A DNA stretch of 64,000 nt from Antedon mediterranea (Eukaryota > Animalia > Echinodermata). This document shows positions 1 through 13,487 of this stretch, in pieces. The translations under genes were made by a program, and so were the position numbers. The notes under the pieces were generated by a model. That model searched no databases and was not told the DNA's origin. It saw only the letters and a list, made by a program, of their open reading frames with translations. How positions within the stretch are numbered: position 1 is the first letter of the stretch; each line of letters starts with the position of its first letter. The DNA lies in the NCBI RefSeq assembly GCF_964355755.1, contig NC_092678.1:3860422-3924421 (forward strand), written 5' to 3'.

Positions 1-719
1 ATTTGAGGCAATAAAAACCTGACCAATAATGAATTATATATCTTGTTATGCGTCAAAAGAATCATTACTTTTATCAATGACAAACAAGTCGTGACCTTTC
101 ACTTTGATTGATCTACAAGATGTAAAATATAAATACTTAATTGTCATTTTTTTGTTTCCTTGCTATTAGAATGTTGGGTTCAAATCTTGTCTGATTCCAA
201 GGATAAGCAAATTCACTCACTATCCTTCTTAAATTTGTCAATCCTGTTCACAAGATATACATATACACAAGATCTGCTCTACATAAACAACTTCAGAGTG
301 GATTTGTTTTCTGTCATGATCATGATTGGATTTGAACCCAGGTCCTTGGGATGCATAGCAACCTATTAAAGTATTATAGTCGGAGTAAAATCTTTTGACC
401 CAGTAACTGCAAACCGATTTCTATGAATCACTTTAAATACTCTCCATGGGCTGTAGATGTAATACCGTAATTGGGTTGACATTCAAACCTCTATGGTACT
501 CATTCATACTCATGGGTAGAAAATATCAACATCAAACATGATATTAGTTTTTATCATTGATGAGCTAAGTTCCTTAGTGTTTCTTTAAAACAAAATAATT
601 GAGAGGATAAAAAAAATAAGAAAAAAAGCAAAAAAAATTTTCTAAGATGGAAGGTAGCGATATAAGTTTTCAGTAGCTACAATTTGTAAAAAAACAAAAA
701 ACAAGAAATTGAATGTTAT

Positions 720-1013
720 CCCAACTGATGACCCAACCAATGACCCAACCAATGACCCAACCGACAACCCAACCAATGACCCAACTGATGACCTAACCAA
801 TGACCCAACTGACGACCCGACCAATGACCCAACTGACGACCCAACCAATGACCCAACTGATGACCTAGCCAATGACCCAACTGACAACCCAACCAATGAC
901 CCAACTGACGACCCAACCAATGACCCAACTGACGACCCAACCGACGACCCAACCAATGACCCAACTGATGACCTAGCCAATGACCCAACTGACGACTCAA
1001 CCAATGACCCAAC
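720..1013. repeat. 12-bp minisatellite (CCAACYRAYGAC variants), ~24 copies
   Basis: Tandem ccaaccaatgac / ccaactgatgac / ccaactgacgac units; explains the three repetitive ORFs at 642-1062. Confidence 0.95.
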
Positions 1014-2792
1014 TTCATACTATACCTCCAAAAAAGGTAAATATCTAATAAAGTTGACATAAAAAAAATACTGTACTACAGTTACTGTACAATATTTCAT
1101 CAATTTTGAGTATACAATTGTAACATACCTTTTCAACTGGTCGGTATGTTCATTAGATTAACAGAAATTATTCATATTCGAGACGGATTAAAGGGAAAAA
1201 GTATCCTGAACTGTGGATTGTAATCAAGTATTAATGGAATAAATGCCCAGTAGGTCGTACTATGACTTATGAATTACAAGTTGAATATAGAACGAACATA
1301 AAATGGGGCAGAGGTCGTATAAAAACTAACATTATGTATTTCAATCCAAAAATGCAAATAAAATGTAAATATGATGGATTTTATGTTTCTCATTTTGAAA
1401 ATTGATGTTTTTTTTTGTAAAGTTACATTAAGTAAGTATTCGGAAGGTATGTTGCTGCATGCATAAATGGTAAACAATTTATGTATTGGTGTTATGCATT
1501 TTTAGGGTTTTTAGAACAAAAAACTAAAATAATAATGCTATTATTTTTTAGCATTGCTGTCCAGTGGGTTATGTGTGTGTGAGCTGAATACTATGAAGCA
1601 CACAGATTTGCTTAGTATCAAAGGAGGAGTTAGGCCAGGGGTGCACCACAACAAAAAACCTTCAAGGAGGTAAAATACTGATTTGCATGGGAAGAAAAGA
1701 AAAACATTGTTGTTGCAGAAGTGCAAGGAAGAAGGTGAGGAAGAAGTATTATGTGAAAAAGGCAAAACCAATAAAAATGATATGGACAATTCTAAGAAAA
1801 AATACTTGAACATAAATTGAAGATATAAACATTATTTTCCTACTTCTTGGATAAAACTTCATGGCGCCTAACTCGTGTAGGATGTTAACAACTTTGACAT
1901 TTTGTAAAATGTTTGCAACATTCAAAACACAGTTGTAGATTTATTTTTTCTTTACTAATGAACAGAAAAAAAATAAAACATTACAAGCATTTTAAATTTA
2001 TTCGACAGCATAACATTCTACGTCAGTTGCTACAACAACAGTTGCATGTTTTGATTCTTGTAATTTTAATGGATCGCCGCTATCAACAGAAATACGATTA
2101 TTTTTATTGCTGTTGAATTTATATTGAACAATAACATTTATTCCCAACAATTGTATTGTTGTAATAAAATGGATTATTCTTCCATTACGTTCACATTAGT
2201 CTCGGCGTTAAACATTGATAAATGTGAACAGTTTTAAAGATCTAAGTACAATTTATAGGTAATAGATTTACGCAAAGGAAATTACTACAATAAAAACAAT
2301 TGGCTGCATTTTTTTTTTGTGAGAAAATTAAATAAAAACAAATCTGCATCAAAGTATAAAAGTAAACAGCAAAGTGTTTAGGTAAATCCAGCCATGTGGC
2401 AAAGTCCAGAGGCCAACTGTTAAGGTAGGGCGCAGAAAACCATAGCTACAAAATTGGCACAGGCTAAAATCATTCAATTATGGTAAAAGAGCAAGTCTTC
2501 TCAGATAACAACAACTGGAAGTCCAGCGTACACATCTCACTGAACTGGTTTATCTATCAACAGAGTATGGGATTAACCTGATGCACTGGTTCATTTCAAC
2601 CCTGTTGTGATTAGTAAAAGAATGGTTGCTGTTTGGTGGCAGCTGTACAGCAAGGAGGAGAAATCGAGTTCTTTGAGACGGTGTTACTACTGTATAAAGT
2701 GCATGTTATAAATATATATCTAATCTAATATTTCCATTAAATTTGCAGTTAAGACTGTAATACAGTAGTATACAATTTTGTTTCAAACTTAA

Positions 2793-3324
2793 AGATGTAT
2801 TGTCCCTTGAAACACAAAAAATGAAGATCAAAATAGTCTAAATTTAAATTGGCCATATCAAAGTAATATTAAAGTTATTCACTTTAAGTCGAAAATTAGA
2901 GCCAAAAACAACAAGTTTACGTAATTAACAGGTAAATTAATTTGATTACAAATCGTCGCGAGCGAAAGTAAACAAAGATTTCAAACCACGGGTATGCATT
3001 ATGCCTGATGCTAATTAGGATTGTTTACAACTCGTCACGGTTGAGAAGGTGTTTTCACACATTGCGAGGAAGTTTTATGATTATGCATACAAAGTAGCCA
3101 AACAAGCGCGTTGCATTATGAGATATGTTTTGATCGAAAACTTTGACTGGAAGTCAAAGTTATTTTTTGAACAAAAAAACGTCTGTATTTCAGCTAAATT
3201 AATTTTTTTTGGACTAATTTTTGGTGAAAGTTAATAACTATTATGATACTTCAAAATGACCCACTTTTTTTCAAAATCTTTTTTTTAACATTTTTTTGGA
3301 ATTAGTCAAAGGGACAATACATCT
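2793..3324. mobile_element. MITE with TTAA target duplication (Kolobok-like non-autonomous DNA transposon)
   Basis: TTAA|AGATGTATTGTCCCTT...AAGGGACAATACATCT|TTAA: 16-bp perfect TIR with RR..YY termini and TTAA flanks. A similar terminus fragment (gacaatacatctttaa) lies at ~15064-15079. Confidence 0.8.
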
Positions 3325-4300
3325 TTAATGAATTCGTGAATATCGTAGCTAAGCTCTCACAACATTAGACTTTAAATGCAAGTCATGTGTGACTGTTACG
3401 ATCTATTTTTTACAGTATTTTCTATACAGTGCAACTGAAAGCTCTCTGTTGCACTAACAGTTAATAACTTATGTTTTGTTATCTTTAAACTGTTTCCTTT
3501 AATTTTAATCATCAAAGAAATATCCAGCCAAATACGTGATAAGCAATATGGACAATAGAGGGCGGTATGCAGAATATAGTTGATATAGAAATCAAATTCC
3601 TATAATGTTGTAAGTAAAATGAAAACTATATGTAACTAATAATTATCATGTTATTAATACTAATGATTTTGGGGAAGTAACCAATTATTTTGGAGAAAAT
3701 ACAAAGTTTGGGGAAAAATAAAGATTAAAGGAATTACAAAATAATGGTAGCATTTTCTCTTCCTACAGATGTACCATGGAGGTACAAAATATATACTTCC
3801 ATACATGTATTTTTGCCAATAGTAGAAAAACTCAGTTGGATAATAATAGAAAACTATTAATTACTATTACAAGTTAGTCCAATACCTGTACATGCAAGGA
3901 GAAAAATGTCACAAATGATTAAATACATCACACATTTTAGCATACCTGCTACTGCTACTTCACAAGTCTTGATATCTTCCTCCATATATCTACTGCCCTC
4001 TCTAGTTCATTGTCTTACAAACTTACCTTTCAATGAACTCTTCATAAGAAATAAAACATGCATACATACAAAACATTCACAGAGGTGAAACTAATGAATA
4101 ACAACCCATACATGTACAACATTTAAAATGTTTATTACATGCGTTTTTTTAGGCGCTAACACTGTAGGTCAGGATTGAAACCCCCATACCTTGGGATTGG
4201 AAGCCCACCATTTCATAAAGCAATGTTATTTTCGATGTCAATTCAGCATGAATGGAAGATTTTCATTATCATGTAAAATAAGTGTCTTTTAAGGACTCAC

Positions 4301-4390
4301 CATTTCCTTGTGGTTTGGGTAAAAGGCTTGATCGATGAGAGGAAACTTGTCCGTACCATGCCGGTCCCTTAACTTGATCAGTTGCGCAAA
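4301..4390 (-). CDS. SYN: Synapsin coding exon 5
   Basis: 90 nt, [30 protein letters not shown], donor GTGAGT. Confidence 0.95.
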
Positions 4391-7300
4391 CTAGTAAAAG
4401 AAAAAAATATATATTTCTTTAAAATATATTTTGCGATTGTGTTCCATTCAAGGAATTAAGTGCTTGATTTAGTAGGTCCACTGGCCAATAATAAGCGTGT
4501 TAAACTCCCAGTCAGTGGCCTGTTTTGGCCATTCAATTTTCATACAGAATTTAAATACGTGTTAAATTTATTGATGACCAGTGAAATTTGATTCAGGCCA
4601 ATTAAAAAAAAATGGTTAACTTTAATACTTTAGAATAACCTTTAAATGGCCTCATAAATAACATATAAACAACTAAGTTGAAAAATAAAATTAAGACAAA
4701 TTATTGTAGCAGAGATATTGAATATTATGATTAATTTGAGAACAAGATCTACTGCATAGCAAAGTCAGGAACTTATAGAGCTGTAACTAATGTCATTTAG
4801 TTTCAAATAAAATAAACAACTCATTCCAATCTACTTGACATCTAACATTAGTTTGTGTAAGATCATGAGAGATTTCTTTAAATGTAAATGATGACTTTAA
4901 GGATAAAGTAATCAGATTGGTAGATCACAAAAAGTGACAGACGGTAATCCTTCTGAAGAACAACAAAATTTCCTTTCAAAAAATGATGGGTAATTTAATG
5001 TTAAAAAATGTACACCATGTGAAATGCACGAACTAAGAGTGTTTTTGTGATTGAATAGTGCCGGTTACCTGGCTAAATTGGCAATAGTCTTTGCTCTTTA
5101 AAGGGAGATTAATGTAGAGCATTCTCTTGACATGGGCACTATTTTTTCGTATCATTACTCTTCCTCGGGAGAGCAATGGCTATTGTTGGTTTATCCAGGT
5201 AAGCTAGGCACAACATAACGCACACAGGGCAAAGGCCCCTGGTTTAGCACTCCCAAGGGGCCCTCCAATACTGGGTAGTTGCATTGGACTGTTCATGCTC
5301 TGGGGCCCCTGGGTCTAGTCAGTGAGTGCTCATAGCCGCCACTGTCTGCAAGTCTCTTTGATTTGCATTTCTATAATGGTGACATCTTTTGTCATGTGGT
5401 AAAATACAGTTTGCAGTACACCATGTGATTCCTAAAAAGATGCAGAATATCTTTACAGTTTAATTTTTTTAGGGAATCGTATGGTGTACCACAAACGTAT
5501 TTTCGTGATGTTTGTTTGCACTGGTACATTTAAAGGTCATGAGAGCATATTTTCAGAAACCCTTGATGTGCGATTCATTAAGCTATTGATTTGAGAGTTA
5601 TTTCTCAAGTGGTTGTTCCATCCCAGTGTGCCCAGTCACCAATTGAAATGAAGAATACTAATAAAGCCTTACCAACATTCTAATTAATCAATCAATTAGC
5701 TAACAAGGTAGACATGACATTTAATGTAATCCATCCGACTGAAATTCACCCAGACACCATGGCGACCATTCTTTACATTTGGTTTTTTAATATAGTATCA
5801 CATCGCAGTAGAGTTTATCTTAAAAGAATTGCCAAAAGACGGATTGCTAGGCTAGAGTGAAACCAGAATTTTAAGGGGGATTTAATGTTTATGCCATGGT
5901 GAAATTACTGTCAAACAATATAGGCTATGGCGATTCATCACTGCAAAATACTACGCATAACTGGTAGAACAATTGTCGAAAGCAAAATATAGGCTAAACA
6001 TGATTTTAATATATGTGTACAATCAATCGTAAATCGTTCGATTTATATAGCGCCATTCCAACATTCATTGCTCATGGCGCTGTAGAAAAGATCAGAAAAG
6101 GTGAGTTTTGAGTAGTGACTTAAAGTGACTCAATAATGATGCATGTTTAATGTTCAAGGGTAGGTGGTTCCAGAGCCTAGGTCTAGCAACACTGAAAGTC
6201 CGATCTCCCCAACTATGTTTGCTCCTTGGAATGTCCAGTAGCACCTGATGACTAGATCTTAGTTCTCGCTTTCCCTTCTTGACAGTCAACAATTCTGAGA
6301 GATATTTTGGAGCGCAACTATTTAGGCATCGGAACACCAGCAGCAGGATCTTAAATTTAACACGTGACTCCATGGGTAGCCAATTTAACTCTTTGAACAA
6401 TGGTGTGACGTGATCATACTTCTTGGCACACATCACCAAGCGAGCTGCCCAATTTTGCACCTTCTGGAGAGTCCGCAACTGCTTCGTCGGCAGACCATAC
6501 AGCAGGGAATTTCCCATATCAAGCCGATTGACAACAAAAGCATGTACAATCTGCTCTGTTGCACAATGGTTCAAGTAACGTCTGATCTTGGCGATGTTAC
6601 ATAAATGGAAAATAGCAGATCGGCTGATTTTGTTGATATGTGATTCCATGGTCATTTTACAATCAAGTTGTACACCAAGGTTACGAACTTCTGATGATGG
6701 ATTGACTAGTACGCCACCAATATGTAGGCCATCAAACCGGATCTTTTTTCTCTGCTGAACAGAACCAAATAGGATCACCTCGGTCTTTTTATCATTTAGC
6801 TTGAGGAAGTTGGAGCCCATTTATTTTCTAATCTCACCAGTGCATGCTTCTAACCGTTTTACGGCGCACAGAAACTTGGTCTGGCAAGGCTTGACAGAAA
6901 CGTAGATTTGTATATCATCTGCATAGAAATGATGACATAATCCGTGTCTTCGTATTATTTCAGCAACTGGTGCAACACAGATGGAAAACAGCTGTGGTCC
7001 AAGCACCGAACCTTGTGGATCGCCACATAATAGAGGAAGGTCATCTGATGAAACATCACCAATGCAGACGGCCTGGGTTCTGTTCCTTAGATATGATGTG
7101 AACCAAGACAATGCTTGATCTCTTACCCCAATATCATGTGACAATCTATGAAGAAGCAGTGAGTGATCTACTGTGTCAAAAGCAGCCGATAAGTCTAGTA
7201 AAACTAGAACAAATGGGTACCTTGTAGAGTCAAACATAAATATGCAGATTACTAACTGCAACATCACAGGAGTTTTCCATACGTGGTTGATCCATTGATC

Positions 7301-9613
7301 GGGGTAATAATGTGAAAAGCTTAGAGGCTTTGACTGAGCATTAAGCCCTAGATACGATTGACTTTATTATTAAATATCCAGTAAGATGACTATTAAAAAC
7401 ATGGATTATGATCATAGATAGAGTGTATACGACCATTCACCCCTCTATGGTTAGGCAATAGCTGTATTTTTAGTTCACTGGGAAAAAAGTAATAATGATA
7501 ATTATTTTTTAAACTCTTACCACCCAAGGCTTGTCCATGAAATTGTAAATTCCTTCCCAGGAGTTGACGCTTCCGACATTTCCAAACTGAAAGCCAATGA
7601 TTAAGTTACGCCACTCTTCCTGAACCTCCATTCCACGTCCATGCTGTCTGATAAGTACGAAGTCTGGTTTGAAAGACCTGTGCAGAAAGGTAAAGAAAAA
7701 ATGCTTATATGGTTATATGGTGCAATATTGGAATAATATTTCTGTTTGAGACATCCCAGTGTGCTTTTAGGGAAAATGGTTTGGCAATTGCCCTGTCCTT
7801 TGGATGGGACATTTGTTGATCTCGGGTACATAAAAGGAAAATGTACAAAATATTAACGAAGAGAATTAACCCTGCTATATTGAGTATACAAATTATGGGA
7901 AGAGGACTATGCTTCTTCCTCTGTTATAGCACCATCATCACTATAGCACGAAAACATTAAAATTAAAAAGTGAATATTTGTTTTTTAAGTTTAAAGGATG
8001 GATATTGATGCTTATAATCTTAGTTTAGGGAGTGTAGTAGAAGTAGTGGAACTTTGACACTAGGTCAGGATATTTGTGAATATACAAACAATTATTTCAA
8101 GTAAGTAAGGACAATAATTCCATAATAAAATTAAACAAAAAAATAAACACATTTTATATAAAGTGTGTTATAAATAAATATATAATGAATCCATAGATAA
8201 ATCGCCATGTAAGACATTAAGAAAACAACACCTACACTAATTTGTTCTTGAGCTTTGGAGAATTTTGTACTCTGTAATATTTTTTCCGAAATAAAACATG
8301 AAATGAATGCAGTAAGTATAATTTGTTGATTACATCATGCATTCTGCCTTACTTGTCTGGCAAACTCCTATTAAGCTGTATTACATTAAGCATGCATGTT
8401 AGAGGCATCAGGGGCCATACCTTACTACTTTTTGTCCTTGCCTTACTCCCTTGAAATCAATAGTTGTTCCTGTTTCAGTACAAGACGCAAGATTTATTTC
8501 AGCAAATTCACACTAAATATGAAGACATAAAAGAAAGAGATTTAACAACAGTTGAAATAAATAAGAGTCTGTTGTGTTATGAATGGAAAAAATGTATAAT
8601 GATAGCGAGGATTTACATTGTAGACGTTAACGCAACAAAATCATCAAAGAAACACGCTTACGTCAATATACAAATGTGTTTATTCCTAAAATGCATGGTA
8701 TGTTTAACATTTGAACAAGTTTCCAAAGCAGATCTTTGGAATGAACCTGTGCTATTAAGATATTTTTTTCCAGGGTGATAACCCCACTCTCAAAATGGTC
8801 TTCTTAATAACTTAGTACCGCCTTTTATAAATATTGGAGCTACTGATTTAATATGGAACTAAAAGTCATAGTTAAGTAATTTTTCATTCTGTTTCTAGTC
8901 TACTTAATGTATGTATTAAAATACATACAGTATTGTACTTAGCTCGTACTTGATTGATATCAAACAGACAGTTTACCATTATTCAGAAAAGGAAAAATGC
9001 AAGTAGGTTTTTTTAATCATACTTATGGTCTAAAGGTTGAATTCACAATGATTTGCTTTTTAATGTATTATCCATAATAAAAAAAACTTTTGCAAGAATT
9101 ATGAAAAGTTTACTAACTTGTTCTACTCGGATATCAAATTCACCGTGTATCTTTTTACCTCGGAAATATTTTGCCCTGAAAGAAAAAATAAGTTAGAAAT
9201 TTCATAAATAAATCATTCATATATACGAGGTCGTAGAGAATATAGCAACTATATATACGCCTATTCAGCAGATCAATGGGCTTATTAAACACATCAATGG
9301 GCTTATACCAGAGTTAGCAGGGAAACTTATCTTACCATGAAGTATGTTGATCATCAATTACTAATAAAACCTTTTCTTTTCCTTTATTAGTACGACCTGT
9401 CAGGGAGCTGAGAAACCCAACTCCAATATCTTGCCTCATTGGACCAGGGGGCTGGCCACCCATTGCCTTCTGTTCCCTATCTCTTTGTTCCTTTTCTTTT
9501 TCCCGTAGTTGTTGTTCTTTATCCCGGTTATCTTCACTGCCTAGGTTTTGAAAATATCCATTAGGAATGATTGTTGCGCTAGTGTCGGAAAACCGTCTAC
9601 GAAGAAAATTCAT
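4301..9613 (-). CDS. SYN: Synapsin, 5' partial (coding exons 1-5; gene continues left of the window)
   Basis: join(complement 9336-9613, 9118-9175, 8421-8512, 7521-7677, 4301-4390), all GT-AG with consistent phase. Translation [10 protein letters not shown] (domain A, PKA site)...[12 protein letters not shown]|[19 protein letters not shown]|[10 protein letters not shown]...[10 protein letters not shown]|[12 protein letters not shown]...[10 protein letters not shown]|[30 protein letters not shown] is the synapsin A and C domains. Confidence 0.97.
5211..5344. mobile_element. Dispersed repeat copy (hAT-like MITE family, second copy at 61774-61927)
   Basis: Shares cataacgcac..agggcaaag..ctggtttagcact...gcattggactg.tcatgctctgggg...agtgagtgct..catagccg with the 61.8-kb copy. 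Confidence 0.7.
5401..5503. repeat. Imperfect inverted repeat (fold-back/MITE-like)
   Basis: aaaatacagtttgcagtacaccatgtgattcctaaaaa (5401-5438) pairs with tttttagggaatcgtatggtgtaccacaaacgtatttt (~5466-5503). Confidence 0.6.
6030..7215 (-). mobile_element. 5'-truncated non-LTR retrotransposon (L2/CR1 group, Crack-like) ORF2 reverse transcriptase fragment, inactive
   Basis: RT motifs [40 protein letters not shown] and C-terminal L..LNWLP...FKILLL...RLWN.LP. In-frame TAA at 6821-6823 where Trp is expected. 3' tail agcgccatgagca...ggcgctatataaat is L2-like. Lies in synapsin intron 4. Confidence 0.93.
7521..7677 (-). CDS. SYN: Synapsin coding exon 4
   Basis: 157 nt, [52 protein letters not shown]. 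Confidence 0.95.
8421..8512 (-). CDS. SYN: Synapsin coding exon 3
   Basis: 92 nt, [35 protein letters not shown] flanks. Confidence 0.93.
9118..9175 (-). CDS. SYN: Synapsin coding exon 2
   Basis: 58 nt, [23 protein letters not shown] flanks. Confidence 0.95.
9336..9613 (-). CDS. SYN: Synapsin coding exon 1 (domain A, B and start of C)
   Basis: [10 protein letters not shown]...[11 protein letters not shown]; donor GTAAG at 9335; acceptor ttttag just upstream of the ATG (exon starts 9620). Confidence 0.95.
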
Positions 9614-11287
9614 TCTGGTCCTAAAATGAAAAAAAAGTCAAAAGTAGTATTATGTAGAATTAGATTTTACTAAATATTGTATTTTAAATTTTATAGCCTT
9701 GTGAAAAAAAGACCTTAAGCTACAGTATATATATGTATAATATAATGTTAGCATGTTAGTATGTGCAAACCTTAATTACTGTAGCATACAATGTTCATAC
9801 TTCATACAATTTTTTGTTCAAGTTGCACTGATCTATGAATTACAAGATAATGTTTATAGTTGACATAATAACTGCCCACAGTGACACAATCACTATTTTA
9901 TGGGCCTTGCCAAACTTTAAAAGAGAAATTGTGAACATTAATGGTAACATTCACTCATAAATTAAATACAATTGGTCATTATTCATACATTATTATCAGA
10001 TAATATTTGAATTAGAAACAAAGTATAATTGTTTTTAACACGAAACATCCCGATATGAAAATGATTATCAACCTTAAATGTCAAGGTCGTTTAGTACTTT
10101 AAATAAATTACATTCTCTGACAAAAGTGGGAATTTCTTCTGCAATTAACACCAGAAACCATAAGCAAAATCCAAAAGATGTCAAACTACCTAAATTTAAC
10201 TAATAAACGTATTTTTTAAATGGTAGAAATTAAAAACGATCGAAGTTTCAAAAAAAGTTTTGAGATAAAAGAATTTCCAGAACCTTTTTTGTTCCATCAG
10301 ACTGACTGAGGAATATATATTATCATTTATTGTTTTCAATTAAAAGAAATTGCATATTATATATATGTATTCATTGATTTCTGAGATGTTTGATACCATT
10401 TAGTACCACTTACTGCTCCTGGTTGTCTAAGACATACATTACATAACTTTCTGTTTTTATATGATTCATGATTTTATGTCAATTTTCATCAACAAATTAT
10501 CTCAAGGCTAAATTTTAAATTTTTTTTATAAAATCATTCTCAAGAAGATCACATTTGACAATAGAAGACATTTTAAATTGCATTATTTTATTTATCATGC
10601 AAAAACTGAACATAGCAATTATACTTGTTCAAAATTGTCATTATCGACAGAAAAATTGATCGCATGAGATTATTTATAATTGTACACTCTCAGTACTAGA
10701 ATTATATGACCTGAAATTAGGAGAATTACGTCGGAGATAAAACCATTCTAGTAATATAAGATAATTTTAAAACCATGACAAGGCTGCGTATATCTTAAGG
10801 TGAAGGCAATTTAACGCATGGTAATTCAGATGTACTGTAGACTCTTAAATATTTAAATACATGAAAGACGAATTCAAAAACAGTGAGGATTGCATGACAA
10901 TATTCCATTATTTCTGTTATCATTCTTACTGACAATATAGCAGAAGGCTTGTTCTTCTTGCATAAATTAATAAATAATAATGCCAAAAAAGTTAATTAGG
11001 AAATGACTATAATTATATGGAACTGAGTTTATTATTATGCATAAATTATCATTAAATACAAATTAAGGGTGGATTAAACTAATGCCAAATGCAATTAATA
11101 TTATAAATCATTTGATTTATCCAAACATAATTAGCAGGATTAATAGGGATTTAATTGGGTGTTGTCTAAGCTGGTTAATTTAGATATTTGAGAGTTGTCC
11201 AAGCTCAATGTACAACCTTTTGAAGACTACATTACAGTTCTTATGTATGGTAGTAAGCTCTCCTGTCAAAGTATATTCCTGCCTTTA

Positions 11288-11413
11288 AGCTCTGTCTACA
11301 CTATCAAAATAGTTCGACAAAAAAGGCATTGCGCCCAAATATGGTAGTGATATCATCAAGTCCATATACAGGCATTTTTTTTTCACATCAAGTTTGAAAG
11401 TGTAGACAGAGCT
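11288..11413. mobile_element. Harbinger/PIF-like MITE (copy 1)
   Basis: TIR AGCTCTGTCTACACT...AGTGTAGACAGAGCT flanked by TTA/TAA; internal cccaaatatggtagtgatat shared with the copy at 35064-35226. Confidence 0.75.
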
Positions 11414-13487
11414 TAAGGCCATTATAAATGCAACAATTGAGCCTCTTGGTGTTTTGGCAATTTTGCAATGTATACATAATGAAAGTTGGAGTTTCCAAAA
11501 GCGGTCATCATTTCGAAAAGACTGCATTTAAACCTGTACGTTTTGCTTTGATAACTGCATATTGGCATGTCATCGTCTTCATCAGTAATTGTAAGGAAAT
11601 TAAGAGAGAGTAAATATTGTTGGCCAATTCATGAATTTCAAATAGAGGCTGCTGCACCTTTTTATTCTGTAGAGGGTGCTATTATTGTTCAAATGACCAT
11701 GCTCAATTTACATCCATGATTTAATTTTAGTTATAAAAAATAAATATTCATATAGAATTTCACTTACTTCTATTTATCCGTATGTAATAAGAGAGAATCA
11801 GTATATTCCAAAGTACATTAATTTGTATATATATATCCCACAAACGTTATTGAATTCCAATTCTTAATTCCAAACGATATTGTAGATGGCTAATCGAGAC
11901 AGACAGGATTTTGATGAAGTTAGGTTACAGCTTAAACCTGGCGAATGTCTTATGTATAGATTGCACGAGTTCAAAAACCTTTTTAAAGCAATCAATTGCA
12001 ATTGTATTTGAAATTTGTATAAAGATTAATTGACAGAAATAATTTAAAACTTGTTTTTTTCTTGTAGGTCAATGTATCGAAGAAAATTATCAATGTAACA
12101 GTGCAACATAACTTGTGGATTTGGTAACTTGAAGTTCAGGTAAAAATCCTACAATACTTGATAGTTATTTTTTGCAATCTGAAAAACAAACAAACAAAAA
12201 GCATAATTATTTAAAATTTTATAAATCAAAATTTCATCAAAACAAGATTACGGTTAAGTTCAGCTTCAACAAGATTGCCTTGATGTAAAAATGCAATATG
12301 CTTAACAACAAAGAAAGGACAAAACTAATGGAATCATACACAGTCAATTTCCAGATTAACCCTACTTTTAAGATTAAATGTGGTACTTAAAAATCACCAT
12401 GCTGAAATCAATAAATAAAAAACATGGTGTCTTATGTGAATATACAGAAAAAGGAATCTTATCTATGGGACAGGCAACACAATACTTTTATACAACTTTC
12501 TACAGTAATTTTCATTCTGCTAGAATTTTCTTTTAATAATATGTTGATTGCGATAATTATTGATTTTATCCATAAAAACTGGTTTACCTTTCAGGCATAA
12601 AATAAATTATAGTCTTTGGTCTAGATTACTAACAAAATTGTGTGCGTAAAAACCATGGCAACAGTGATGGTGACATGATGATCAACTTTTTAATCATTCA
12701 GAAATTTCCCAAAACAGTACTATATGTCTTATAAGTAATAGGAACTAAACTAATAGAACCAATACAATTAAAAAGTGGTCTATAATTAGAGAGGTTCATC
12801 TAAGCCACAGAAATCTTTAATGTAGAGATAAGATTAAGAAGATAATTTAGGCCTAATAAAGAGATTTATATAACGACCAAAATTTCACCATCCTATTTAT
12901 TTGAAAGTAAACCTCTATATGTAACAAGAATAAAAACTTTAGAATAGTCATATTCAAACTCGGTCACCTTGAATATGGTTGTATGAAAATATGATGCATA
13001 TATATTGCAATAAATTCAATGCGTAAATTGGCTACTTGATACTATAGTAACTTACCCTACTTTTAGATAAGAAATTATTGATCAGAAAAGCATTGCCTAG
13101 ATGCAACTGTTATATTAAAAGAATCAACACAAGTTTAATTGTTATATATCCAATAAGAAGCAGTTTTTGTGAGAATTTAATCAATACTGTGAATCCTTAA
13201 CTCAAGCAATTTCAGGTCAACTAAATTATATCTCAAAAGAGCATAATTTACTGTCAGTGTGGTGCTTATCATCAGTATTGCCAATAACATGTTGTATAAA
13301 ATAAAATAAATGAATGAAAATTTCACATCATAAAGAATAAAAACGATAACATAACAAGCCTGACTTTTCCAACTAAAATATTGCTGTTCACGCAGCCAAT
13401 TCAATATTCACCTAATATGAAATTTCACACGAATCAGTGAAACAATAGTAATGCAACTTAAAAAATCATGTTTTAATAAAAGATATT

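Noticed and set aside
642-1062. Three ORFs of 114-120 aa (SSVG/PTND/LGHW repeats)
   Set aside because: By-products of a 12-bp tandem repeat; no convincing splice context or domain.
1552-1820. Purine-rich, exon-like + strand segment after an acceptor-like site (candidate nested TIMP exon)
   Set aside because: All frames hit stops quickly and there is no TIMP cysteine pattern.
6821-6823. In-frame TAA between the two LINE ORFs as programmed readthrough
   Set aside because: It falls at a normally conserved Trp in a 5'-truncated copy; simple decay is more parsimonious.
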